Source: Dictyostelium discoideum (taxonomy: Eukaryota). Taken from it: 64,000 nt of DNA. The stretch is from positions 3,392,001-3,456,000 of the forward strand of contig CM000155.2 of the NCBI GenBank assembly GCA_000004695.1. Direction: 5' to 3'. The notes below the pieces were generated by a model that was given only the letters and a program-made list of their open reading frames with translations, searched no databases and was not told the DNA's origin. Below are positions 12,540-27,921 of the stretch, one piece after another. The first letter of the stretch is position 1. Every line of letters begins with the position of its first letter. Both the position numbers and the translations under genes were made by a program.

Positions 12540-12579
<40 letters not shown>

Positions 12580-12973
12580 ATTTTGTTTAGTTTTTCAAAT
12601 TTTGTTCCATTAAACACTATCAATTTCCATAAGAAAAATAATATTTGCTTTTTTTAAAATAAAAGGAAAATTAAACAAAAAAAAAACCCTAACATTAATA
12701 TTAACATTCTTTTTAATCCAAACACACAAGAACATCGTTCTTTTTTTAGATATTTTTTTAAAAAAAAAAAAAAAAAAAATTAAAATTAAAAAAAATAAAA
12801 AAAAATAAAAAAAAATAAAAAAAATAAAAAAAAATTAAAATTTTTCTTTTTTTTCAGATTAGATTGTGCCTATTTAAATTTTTTCGCTTTTTAATTTTTT
12901 TTTTTTTTTAATTTCAACTAAACTTGATACAAATACAAAAACAAAAACAAATAAATAAATTAAATTAATAAAC

Positions 12974-13047
12974 ATGGAACCATCATTTAAATTATCATCT
13001 GGTCACAAAATCCCACTCGGTATGAAATTAATTTTATGATAAAAACT

Positions 13048-13085
<38 letters not shown>

Positions 13086-14128
13086 AAAATTCTAACTTTT
13101 TTTTTTTTTTTTTTATTATTATTAGTTGGTTTTGGTACATGGAAAGCTGAAACTACATTAGTTGGTAAAGCTGTTGAAGTTGCTCTCGATGCTGGTTATA
13201 GACACATTGATTGTGCTGCTGTATATTTAGTAAGTTTAATAATTTATTAAATTATAAATTAAATTATTAAATTATTAATTATTATTTTTTTTTTTTTTAT
13301 ATATTTAGAATGAAAAAGAAGTTGGTGAAGCATTCACAAAGAAATTTACAACTGAAGCAACAGTTAAAAGAGAAGATGTTTTCATTACTTCAAAACTTTG
13401 GAATACTTTCCATAAGAAAGAACATGTTAGACCAGCTTTAGAACGTACTTTAAGCGATTTAGGTTTACAATATTTAGATTTATATTTAGTTCATTGGCCA
13501 GTTGCTTTTGAATATACTAGCAATGATATTCAAACAAGTGGTTCAACTCAAGAATTTGTTTCAATTCGTGAAACTTGGGAAGAAATGGAAAAATTAGTTG
13601 ATGCTGGCCTCGTTAAATCAATTGGTCTTTCAAATTTCAATGTTCAAGGTTTAATGGAAGTTTTATCTTATGCTAGAATTAAACCAGCTGTATGTATAAA
13701 ATAATTAATAATAATAATAAATAATAATTAAAATATAAATTTACTAATATATTTTATAAATATAGGCAAACCAAGTTGAATTACATCCATTCCTTTCACA
13801 ACCAGAACTTAAAAAATTCTGTGATAAACATAATATTCATTTAACTGCATACAGTCCATTAGGTAATGGTGCATTCGTTGATAATGAAGAAGTTGGTGCT
13901 ATTGCAAAGAAATATAATAAAACCATTCCAAATGTTTTATGTAAATGGGCAATTCAAAAGAACTTTTCAGTTATTCCAAAATCATCAACACCATCACGTG
14001 TTGCTGAAAACTTTGACCTTTTCAATTTCGAAATCGAAGAAGCTGATATGCTCTTTTTAGATAAAATGGATAAAAATCTCCGTACTTGCGATCCAGCTAA
14101 ATTCTGGGGTGTACCACTTTTCAATTAA
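12974..14128 (+). CDS. Aldo-keto reductase (aldose reductase family), 4 exons
   Basis: Exons 12974..13019, 13126..13229, 13309..~13688 and 13766..14128. The protein reads [24 protein letters not shown]...[25 protein letters not shown]...[14 protein letters not shown]...ANQVELHPF...TAYSPLGNG...[14 protein letters not shown]. Donors are GTATGA and GTAAGT. The exon 3/4 junction frame is ambiguous (see findings). Confidence 0.8.
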
Positions 14129-14239
14129 ATAAATTGAAATATAATAAAATAAAATAAAAACTTTTATTTTTTTTCAATATTAATCAAAATTGTTATTTTT
14201 TATAAGTCTTTTTTTTTTTTTTAAAAGTTTGTGAAGATA

Positions 14240-14925
14240 ATGGTGCACACTATTTCTATTATTATTATAATTTTTATTAATATTTTTTTAGAAAATACTA
14301 AAAATGGAAATAAAAAATTTATATTCCTTAACAAAACCCATACCAATAGTAAAAATTTATGTATTCCCTGCCAATCAAATCTTAAAAAACAAATGGTTTG
14401 TATGGGAAAATAAAATTAAAATAAAAAAAAAAAAAAAAAAAAAAAAATAATTAATAACGTGTGGTGGGGGAGATAAACATACAACTAATATTTAATTTGA
14501 AGTATCATTTCTTACTTGGCTCTAACTTTATTAGTTAATATTACAATTATAATTGTTTTGTTTTTTTTTTTTTTTATAATTTTATTTTTTTTTATTTTTT
14601 TTATATAAAAAGGATAGTATTTTTTTTTTTTTTTTTTTTTTAAGTATTTTATTATTAAAATAAATAGGAATTTAATTTAAAAAGGTAAAAAAAAATAAAT
14701 ATATCAGAAAAACTTTAAAAATAAATAAATATATATATATTAATAGTTTTTTTAAAAAAGATAAAAACAAAAAATAAAAATAATCATACAGGTCGTTATG
14801 CCTGTATTGGAGCTTGTACTGATAAAGATCCAGATTTTTATAAAAACTGTCAAACAGTAAATGGACCATATTGTAAAAAAGTATTAGACAGATGTGATAA
14901 AGAATGTGCAAAAGTTCCATTTTAA
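14240..14925 (+). CDS. Candidate small secreted Cys-rich protein (signal-peptide exon plus Cys-rich exon; long intron)
   Basis: Exon 1 is ATG 14240 MVHTISIIIIIFINIFLENTKNG..., with a possible GTAAAA donor at 14349 (phase 1). The terminal exon 14792..14925 after 'atacag' encodes RYACIGACTDKDPDFYKNCQTVNGPYCKKVLDRCDKECAKVPF*. The phase is compatible. Alternative donors exist at 14361 and 14400. Confidence 0.3.
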
Positions 14926-15183
14926 TTTATTAAAAACTGAAAATAAAAACATATCTTTTATTTTATTATCTATTTTTGAATTACTAAACATATTTAATAT
15001 ATAAAATTTTAATATGAGGCCTTCCTCTAACAATGGTGATCAAAGAGAAGTTCCACTACAATAGTTCTGATATAACAAAAAATATTGAAACTAAGAGATC
15101 TTTTTGATTTTATTGACCATTTTAATTGGTTGCTAAACAATTGTTATTTTTTATCTTATTTTCCATTGCCTAATGTTTAGACT

Positions 15184-15195
15184 GGAATTGAACCC
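15184..15195 (-). promoter_or_regulatory. External B-box (exB) GGGTTCAATTCC about 30 bp downstream of tRNA-Leu(AAG)
   Basis: A B-box consensus-like GGTTCAATTCC lies on the same strand, 30 nt beyond the tRNA 3' end. Dictyostelium tRNA genes characteristically carry an extra B box 20-40 bp downstream. Confidence 0.55.
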
Positions 15196-15224
15196 TTAAC
15201 CTTATAGATGGCTAATAAACATAT

Positions 15225-15306
15225 TGTAAGCTAAGGGATTCGAACCCTTGTATCAATGATATTGCAGCCTTAATGCAACCCCTTAGACCAGCTCGGGCAA
15301 GCTTAC
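15225..15306 (-). tRNA. tRNA-Leu (anticodon AAG), class II with long variable arm
   Basis: The minus strand reads GTAAGCTTGCCCGAGCTGGTCTAAGGGGTTGCATTAAGGCTGCAATATCATTGATACAAGGGTTCGAATCCCTTAGCTTACA. Acceptor GTAAGCT/AGCTTAC, anticodon loop TTAAGGC, T-arm AAGGG-TTCGAAT-CCCTT. It closely parallels eukaryotic tRNA-Leu-AAG. Confidence 0.85.
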
Positions 15307-15769
15307 TTTTTGAAAAATTTATTTTTAATAGAAAATTTTATATCATTAAAAAAAATTTCAAAAAAAATATCCATATTATTCTCTTGATTTTAATTATTTA
15401 TTATGAAAATTTATCCATTACACCTCACTTAATACATCCATAAATATACCCAAAGTCAAACAATACCCACCCCTTACTATAAGGTCATGTAATTAATTAA
15501 TAAAATAATTACATCTCAACAAAATAATAAATTTTAAAAATATTACAAACCATAAAGAAGACTAAAAAAAGTCCAATAACAAAGATAAAATAAGAAAAAA
15601 AAGTAAAATCAAAAAAAAAAAAAAAAAAAAAAGTATAATAAAAATCTCAAAGCATTAATGAAAAAATTAAAATTATATGAAAATTGATTATTAAATATAT
15701 ATATATTTTTTTATAATTATTTTATTTTTTTAAATTATTTTTTTTATTTTTATTTTTATTTTTATTAAT

Positions 15770-16894
15770 TTAGTTTTGATTTTTTTCAATGTAATCAATG
15801 ACAGCGCCAGTGAATTGTTTAGTTGAAGATTTACCACCGATATCAGAAGTTAAGGTACCTTCTTTAATGACGGCTTTAACGGCATTTTCAACTTTGGTAG
15901 CATGTTCATTTAAGCCTAAATGTTTTAACATCATAACAGAGGCTAATAATAAACCGGTTGGATTTGCTTTATCTTTACCGGCGATATCAGCAGCGACGTG
16001 ATGAGCACCCATTTCGAAAATAATACTTCCCTCACCAACATTTGCACCACCAGCCAAACCTGGACCACCAACTAAAGCAGCACCAATATTTGAGACAATA
16101 TTACCATATAAGTTTGGAGTGACCATAACATCGTATTGTTCTGGTGATTTAACCAATTGCATACAACAATTATCAATGATGGTGTTTTCAAATTTAATTT
16201 CTGGATACTCTTTGGCGATTTGAGTGCAAGTTGCAAGGAAGAGACCATCGGTTTGTTTTTGAATGTTTGCTTTGTGAACGGCTGTTACCTTCTTTCTACC
16301 GTTTGCTTTGGCATATTCGAATGCGTAACGAGCAATACGTTCTGATGCTTCTTTGGTTATGATTTTAAGTGATTGGACTACACCTGGTGTCAATACTTGT
16401 TCGAGACCACTGTACTCACCTTGGGTGTTCTCTCTAATGACAACAAAATCAACTAAAACATCGTCGTGACGTGCGGTGATACCTGGAATTTGTTTGCATG
16501 GTACAACGTGAGCATATAAATCTAATGCTTTTCTAAGTTCCATATTTCTTGATTGAGATCCTGATAAAATCTCAGTGTAAAGTGGTCCCTTTAATGCAAC
16601 TTTATTTCTAGTAATTGATGCAATCAATTCTTGTGAAATTGGTTGTCCACCACTAATATCGAAAATTTCCCATTCAATTGGTACTTTGGCTGCTTGGAAT
16701 ACACCCATAACTGATGATGTAATCTCTGGACCAATACCATCACCTGGAATAACTGTAACTGTTTTTTTTTGAACTCCTGATGTATATCCAAGATAATTTC
16801 TAATTGACTAAAAATAAATAAATTTAATAATTATTTTAATTTTTAATTAGTATATATAAAAACATTTAATAAAATAATAATAATAATTAAAAAA

Positions 16895-16933
<39 letters not shown>

Positions 16934-16945
16934 GGGGAATTCCCG

Positions 16946-16990
<45 letters not shown>

Positions 16991-17291
16991 ATTATGTGTA
17001 TTGAAAAGAAGAAGAGAAATTGATTATTTGAGAATTGATTTGAATTGATGAATTGATTGGTTGAAATTGAAAAAAAGAAGAGAAATTGATTATTTGAGAA
17101 TTGATTTGAAATTGAAAAAAAAAAAAAAAAATTTGATAAACCACTGAATCACCCACACACACCAACTTTCGTTTTTTTATTATTTTTATAATTTTTTATT
17201 TATTTTTTCCTTTTTATTTTAATAAACAATCAAATATGATTATTACATTTGATGATGAAGCTTTGACAACAGTTCTTAAACGACCCAACAT
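15770..17291 (-). CDS. Mitochondrial NAD+-dependent isocitrate dehydrogenase subunit (IDH3 beta/gamma-like), 2 exons
   Basis: Exon 1 (17247..17291) is MLGRLRTVVKASSSN, a presequence, followed by a GTAATA donor. Intron 16799..17246. Exon 2 (15770..16798) is SIRNYLG...TVTVIPGDGIGPEI...NLYGNIVSNIGAALVGGPGLAGGANVG...ANPTGLLLASVMMLKHLG. Confidence 0.8.
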
Positions 17292-17384
17292 TTTTGTATA
17301 TGTATATATGTATATATGTGTAATCTGACAAACGATAATAAAAAATTTTTTTAATTTTTTTAATTTTTTATTTTTTTTTTTTCA

Positions 17385-17425
<41 letters not shown>

Positions 17426-17801
17426 AAAAAAATATTTTTTAAAAAAAAAAAAAAAAAAAAAAAAGAAAAAAATACAGGTGAGCGATTCACGCGACATACT
17501 TATACTAACTGAATATGATAATATTGCACATAAATGGCTTATTTTTGTATATAAAAAGAATAATTTAAACTACTCCCATTTTTTTATTTTATTGTTTTAT
17601 TCATTTTTATTTTATTATTTTTTTTTTTTTAATTATTAAAATAATTATTGTTTTTTTTTTCATTTTCCAGAAAAAAACAAAAAAAAAATTAACTTTATTA
17701 TTTTCTAATGATATATTTACTCTTTTCCAAAATAATGGATTAACCAAAAAAAAAAAAAAAAAAAAAAAAAGGGTTCAAATTCTATCCAAACTCTGGGGGG
17801 A

Positions 17802-17852
<51 letters not shown>

Positions 17853-18166
17853 TTTAAAATTTTTATTTTTATTTTTTTTTTTTTTTTTTGGATTTTATTG
17901 TTTTCCCTTTCTTTTTTAAAAAAGGAACTCATCAAAAGTCATTTTTAATTAAATTATTCTAAATAAAAAACTTTTCAAAAATTAAAATTAGTAATCAGTG
18001 GTTTATATTACAAATAATTTTTTTTTTTTTTTTATTTTTTTTTTTTTTTTTCATTTTTTTTTTTTTTATATTTTTTTAATTTTTTTCTTTTTTAAAATTT
18101 AAAAAAAAAAAATCATTTTTGTTTTATTCATCAATTGGAAACAATAGAAAAAATCAAAAAAAAAGA

Positions 18167-18332
18167 ATGACAGGAAAGGAAGGTTTGTATTTTTTTTATT
18201 TTAATTAATATTATTTTTTAAAAAAAAAAAAAAAAAAAATTTTTATAGTAAAAAAAAACAAATAAAAAAAATTAAAAAAATCCTATGTATTATTACGATT
18301 AATATGGAAAAAAAAAAAAAAAAACCCCAAAC

Positions 18333-18369
<37 letters not shown>

Positions 18370-19303
18370 TTAACATTCTTTTTTTTTTATTTTTTATTTT
18401 TTTATTTTTTTAGAAAATAAACAACAACAACATGTTAATTTTCCATGGAAAAGATTGGTAGCAGGTGCAGTTGCAGGTACAGCAGATGTTTGGGCATGTC
18501 ATCCACTTGATCGTATAAAGACACAACTTCAAAATAATCCAGGTAAATCAATCGTTGGTACATTTGGAGATATTGTTAGTAAAGGTAAAGGATTTACAGG
18601 TGGAGTTAATGCATTATATGAAGGTATTTTACCAATGACAGCAGAGGCAATTTTTAAGGTTGGTATTCGTTACTTTGCATTCAGTTGGTTTACAGAGCAA
18701 TATAAAACCACCGTTTACAAAGGTGAAACATTAAATAAGAAACAACAGTTTGGAGCCAACTTATTAGGTGGTGCATTTGCAGGTACAATCGAGTCATTCG
18801 TAGTGGTTATTCCATGTGAATTATTAAAGGTACGTCATATGACTCAAGAACATAATAAATCATTTGGTACAGTATTTAGAGACGTACTTCGTGAAGAGGG
18901 TTTCCAAGGTTTATACAAAGGTGGTAGTGCAACACTCTTACGTCAAATCACAAATCATATGATACGTTTCCCAACTTTTTATGCAATCTCTGATTATCTC
19001 AAAGGTGGTGATCATTCCGTTCATCTCCCAGTTTGGCAAAATCTTTCAGCTGGTGCCATCGCTGGTACTGCTTCTACCCTCTTCAATAATCCATTAGATA
19101 CAATTAAAACTCGTATGCAAAAACAAGGTCAAAATCAAACAACAATGCAAGTCGTTAGAGGTATCTATCAAGAAACTGGTGTCAAAGGTTATTGGGCTGG
19201 TGTAATCCCAAGAATTTTAAGAGTTGCCCCTGGTCAAGCAATCACTTGGGCTGTTGTTGAATTAGTTATGGGTATTTTAGAACCTTCATCAAAGAAACAT
19301 TAA
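18167..19303 (+). CDS. Mitochondrial substrate carrier family protein, 2 exons
   Basis: Exon 2 (18414..19303) carries three Mito_carr repeats (PLDRIKTQLQ, PCELLKVRHM, PLDTIKTRMQ). The frame stays open upstream to the 'ttttttag' acceptor at 18413. Candidate exon 1 is ATGACAGGAAAGGAAG (18167..18182) with a GTTTGT donor and compatible phase. Confidence 0.7.
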
Positions 19304-19417
19304 AAATAAAATAAAAAAAAAAAAAAAAAAAAAAATAAAAACAATAAAAACAATAAAAACATATAAAAATAATAATAATAATATAATAAACACATATTTA
19401 TCCAAAAAAAAAAAAAA

Positions 19418-19892
19418 TTAATCATCTTCTTTAAATTTATTATTCTTAACATCTTGTTTTGAAATAATTTTTAAACCAGTTGTATGTTTGAAATCTAAAA
19501 CACCAGCTTTGGAAATTCTGATTGCGAGTTGTTCAATTTTAAATGAATCGATACCACCAAATTCTTCAAAACCAACACATCTATCAACTGCAATACCATT
19601 TGAAAAGAAAACTAATGTTGGTAAAATCCTTATACCTAATTTTCCTGTAAAGAATTGAGCTTTCTCTGCATTAACTTTTAAAAATTTTGTACCTAAATGT
19701 GTTTTTGCTAATATTTCTAAACTTTTATCCAAAATTTTACATCTTTGAAAATCTGAATGATAAAAATGTACAACAACATTATCTGTACCTGTAACTTCTT
19801 TTAAAAAATCTTGTTCATCAATTTCTTTTAATTCACCATGTGTTGATAAAAAGCTTTGTTTTAATTTTGATCTTTTAAAATATTTTAAAAAT

Positions 19893-19930
<38 letters not shown>

Positions 19931-19935
19931 TAGTA

Positions 19936-19969
<34 letters not shown>

Positions 19970-20090
19970 TTCTTTATATGTTAACATACTCTTCTTTTAA
20001 TTGTTTCATTCTTTGTTCTCTAATTTTAGCCAATTCGTCATCATCATCGAAATCTTCATCTAATCCATTATTGGTATTATTTTCTGACAT
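19418..20090 (-). CDS. Thioredoxin-domain protein, phosducin-like PhLP3/TXNDC9 family, 2 exons
   Basis: Exon 1 (19990..20090) is the acidic N-terminus MSENNTNNGLDEDFDDDDELAKIREQRMKQLKEE, ending at a GTATGT donor. Intron 19872..19989 contains the poly-T/(AAT)n tract. Exon 2 is ...FLKEVTGTDNVVVHFYHSDFQRCKILDKSLEILA...ILPTLVFFSNGIAVDRCVGFEEFGG, a thioredoxin fold. Confidence 0.7.
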
Positions 20091-20403
20091 TATTAAGATA
20101 ACAAAGAAAATTTCAGAGGTTGAGTGTTTTTTTGGTTTTAAAATTTTTATTTTTATTTTTTTATTTTTTTTTTTTTTACTTTTTCAATTTTTTTATTTTA
20201 TTTTTTTTTTTTTATATTTTTTTTTTTTTTTTTATTTTTTTTTATTTTAATATTTATTACACTCAATTGTATACTCTAATAAATTTTCTACTTTAAAAAA
20301 AAAGAAAATAAATTCTATCAATAAAAATAAAGAATATAATTTAATAATAAAAATAAAAAATAATAATAATTTAATAATAATAATTTTTTTAAAAAAAAAA
20401 AAA

Positions 20404-21152
20404 ATGTCAGAATATGGTAAAGCAGGTAGTGGTGGTTTACAAAGTTCACAATATGATAATATAGATAGAAGAGAAAGACAAAAACAATTAGTATTAGAAC
20501 ATGTTGATGTTTCAAAAGATCCATATATTATTTCAAATCATATAGGTTCTTTCGAATGTAGATTATGTTTAACAGTTCATAATAATGTTGGAAATTATTT
20601 AGCACATACACAAGGAAAAAAACATCAAACTCATTTAGCACGTCGTGCTGCAAAAGAACAAAGAGAAAATCCATCTGTTTCAAAAAATAATTATATGTAA
20701 ATATATTGAAAAATAAAAAAAAAAAAAAAAAAAAAAAATAAAAATAATAAAAAATAATTTATTAATTTAATTATAATTATATATCATAATATTTTAGTCA
20801 AACAACAAGAGTTATACATAAAAAAACAATTAAAATTGGAAGACCAGGTTATAAGATAATAAAACAAAGAGATTCAAAAACTGGTCAATTAAGTTTACTT
20901 TTTCAAATTGATTATCCAGAGATTGAATCTGGATTACAACCAAGACATAGAATTATGTCTGCATTTGAACAAAGAGTTGAACAACCAAATAAAGATTATC
21001 AATATTTATTATTCGCAGCAGAACCTTATGAAACTATAGCATTCAAAATACCAAATAAAGAAATTGATAGGACTACTGGTCCTGACGGTAAATTCTTTAC
21101 TCATTGGGATAGGAATAAAACTTTTACTTTACAATTATATTTTAAAGAATAA
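20404..21152 (+). CDS. sf3a2: Splicing factor 3a subunit 2 (SF3a66/SAP62/Prp11 homologue), 2 exons
   Basis: RRERQKQLVLEHVDVSKDPYIISNHIGSFECRLCLTVHNNVGNYLAHTQGKKHQTHLARRAAKE matches the matrin-type C2H2 finger of SF3A2. Intron 20697..20797 (GTAAAT...TTTTAG). Exon 2 is ...KIGRPGYKIIKQRDSKTGQLSLLFQIDYPEIE...YLLFAAEPYETIAFKIPNKEID...FFTHWD. Confidence 0.85.
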
Positions 21153-21193
21153 TAATGATAATAATAAAAAAAAAAAAAAAAAATAATAAAATA

Positions 21194-21238
<45 letters not shown>

Positions 21239-21699
21239 AAGGAAATGTTTTTAAGTAGATATGTATAAAATTTTGATTTTTGATTTTTGATTTTTAAATA
21301 ATAATAACAATTATAAAAATCAAAAATCAAAAATTATTTTTACATATATCTACTTAAAAACATTTAAAGATTTTAAAAAGTCTCCCTTTTTTTTTTTTAA
21401 ATTAATTTTTTTTTTAAAAATTTTTTTTTTTATTTTTTTTTTTTTTAAAATTTTTTTTTTTTATTTTTAAAAATTTTTTTATTTTTTATTTTTTATTTTT
21501 TTTTTTTTTTTATTATTTTTTGATACAATAATTTTAAATAGAATAAAAATAGATATAAAAAAAAAAAAAAAAAAAAAATTAATAACAAATAAAATAATAT
21601 ATATATATATTATATATATATATTTTAATATTATATAATTGTAAAATAATTGTAAATTAAAAATAAATTAAAAATAAAAAAAATTAATATAATAAATAA

Positions 21700-21746
<47 letters not shown>

Positions 21747-21754
21747 ATGATATC

Positions 21755-26080
<4,326 letters not shown>

Positions 26081-26120
26081 ACATACAACTTTTAATATTT
26101 ATTTTTTAAAAAAAGTAAAA

Positions 26121-26151
<31 letters not shown>

Positions 26152-26216
26152 AAAAATAGATTTTTTTTTTTTAAATTATATAAATATCTTTTTTTTTTTT
26201 TTTGTTTTATTATTTT

Positions 26217-27308
26217 TTAAAAAGTTTCATTGTTTTCTTCTTGATTATTGTTATGATTATTATTATTAAAATCTCCAACTGTTTGTTGATCGAATGAGAA
26301 TTCCTCAGTTTCTGGTTGCACTTGTTCAGTTGAAGTTATTGGTTGTGGTAATTCAATTGATTCTGGTAATTGTTGTTCAAATGAAAATGGTTCTGGTTGT
26401 TGTTGTTGTTGTGATTGTTGTTGTTGTTGTAATTGTTGGAAATGTTCTTGGCTAGAATACATTGGAATTTCATTTGTATTTACAGTTGTTTGTTGTTGAT
26501 TTGTATAATTTTCAGTTATTGTTGATGATGATGATGATGATGAATAAGTTGGTGGTGGTACATTAAATAATTGTGGTTGTTCAAAACCTGGTGTTGTTGT
26601 TGTTTCTGTATTATTATTATTATTATTAATTGCACTTTCTAATAATAATGGTACTCTATCAGGGAATAAAGTATTATTACCTCTAATTTTATTAATTACA
26701 ACAGGTATATAACTACCAACTTTAACTAAACCATTTGTAACTGTTGATAATGTATTTGGTGGAATATATTCAATCACTTTATTATAACCAATAATACTAT
26801 AACCTTTGACGATACTAAATCCTTCAATACTATAATCTTTAGCTTTACTTAAATGTTCCATTGGTAAATAAGATTGTACCAAGTTAATTGTATCTGAAAC
26901 TTTTGAATATGCCCCTAATAATAATAATAATAGTTTTATAATTAAAAAATTTAAATTAGTAATTGTTATATATTAATAATAATAATAATTATAATAATTA
27001 TTAATTAATTAATAATTACAAAAAACTCTAAGATTAGATTTTAAATCTTCAATATCTTTAAATAAGTTTCTTGCTGGACCAACAGGTATTTTCATATTGA
27101 CAATATCTTCATAGGTTAAGTTTATTAATGCACGNCCATCTATGAAATTATCTCTTAATATATCTGCATAATGTGTACCTTGTCTAGCTTGAATTGACCA
27201 ATTGTAAACATCGGTAACACTCCATAACTCAATGGTCGTGGTTGAAGATGAAGAATTTTCATTTGAACTTGATACAATTGATGTATTATGAATTGTTGTT
27301 GGTAACAT
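26217..27308 (-). CDS. SAM (sterile alpha motif) domain protein with Q/N-rich C-terminal region, 2 exons
   Basis: Exon 1 (27020..27308) is WSVTDVYNWSIQARQGTHYADILRDNFIDxRALINLTYEDIVNMKIPVGPARNLFKDIEDLK, a SAM fold. GTAATT donor. Intron 26915..27019. Exon 2 is (W)AYSKVSDTINLVQSYLPMEH.... The region contains N base calls. Confidence 0.6.
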
Positions 27309-27376
27309 TGTTTTTTTGGTTCTTGTTANATATGTGTGTGNGCGTGAGTGTCTATGACCAAGTGTAACTTAAACCT

Positions 27377-27428
<52 letters not shown>

Positions 27429-27550
27429 AATTTTGGAAAAAAAAAAAAAAAAAAAAAATATTTTTTAAAAATAAAAATAAAAATAAAAATATCANCANCA
27501 GCCCATCCAAAAAACTGACGCATCCGATTATAACTGACTCAACAAAATTN

Positions 27551-27585
<35 letters not shown>

Positions 27586-27772
27586 CGTNCACAAATAAAA
27601 TTTTAGTTAATAAATGAAAATAATAATAATCATCCCATTNTTNTTATTATCNCTATAAATGTTTTTTTTTTAATTTTTTTTGTTTAAACATTGTTTAAAC
27701 TTTTTTTTTTTTGTTAAAAAATTGTATAAACTTTTTTTTTTTTTTTTTGTATAATTCGTTTTTTTAATTTTT

Positions 27773-27806
<34 letters not shown>

Positions 27807-27921
27807 GATGATTCGTTTTTTAAATTTTTTTAATTTTTTTTTTTTTACAATTTTATTTATTTTATTTGGATTTAATCCATTCACTCTTTCTTTAAAAAAT
27901 AAAAATCAAACGAGATAAATA

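Noticed and set aside
13866-14060. 64-aa ORF in the AKR region
   Set aside because: Wrong frame. It lies within exon 4 of the aldo-keto reductase.
15798-16345. Two plus-strand ORFs (67 and 62 aa)
   Set aside because: Antisense to the NAD-IDH coding exon. No support.
17147-17160. ACCCACACA resembling the DUSE ncRNA promoter element ([AT]CCCA[CT]AA)
   Set aside because: One mismatch. The expected ncRNA position ~60 bp downstream overlaps exon 1 of the IDH gene on the opposite strand, with no stem structure.
17470-17510. GC-richer patch gtgagcgattcacgcgacatacttatactaactgaatatg, considered as an snRNA (U6-like) fragment
   Set aside because: Neither strand gives a convincing match to the conserved U1/U2/U4/U5/U6 cores, and no upstream element is recognisable. 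It may belong to the first intron or 5' region of the IDH gene.
17766-17800. gggttcaaattctatcc, a B-box-like motif suggesting a tRNA
   Set aside because: No A-box, acceptor stem or anticodon arm can be built around it. It is embedded in long poly-A/T tracts.
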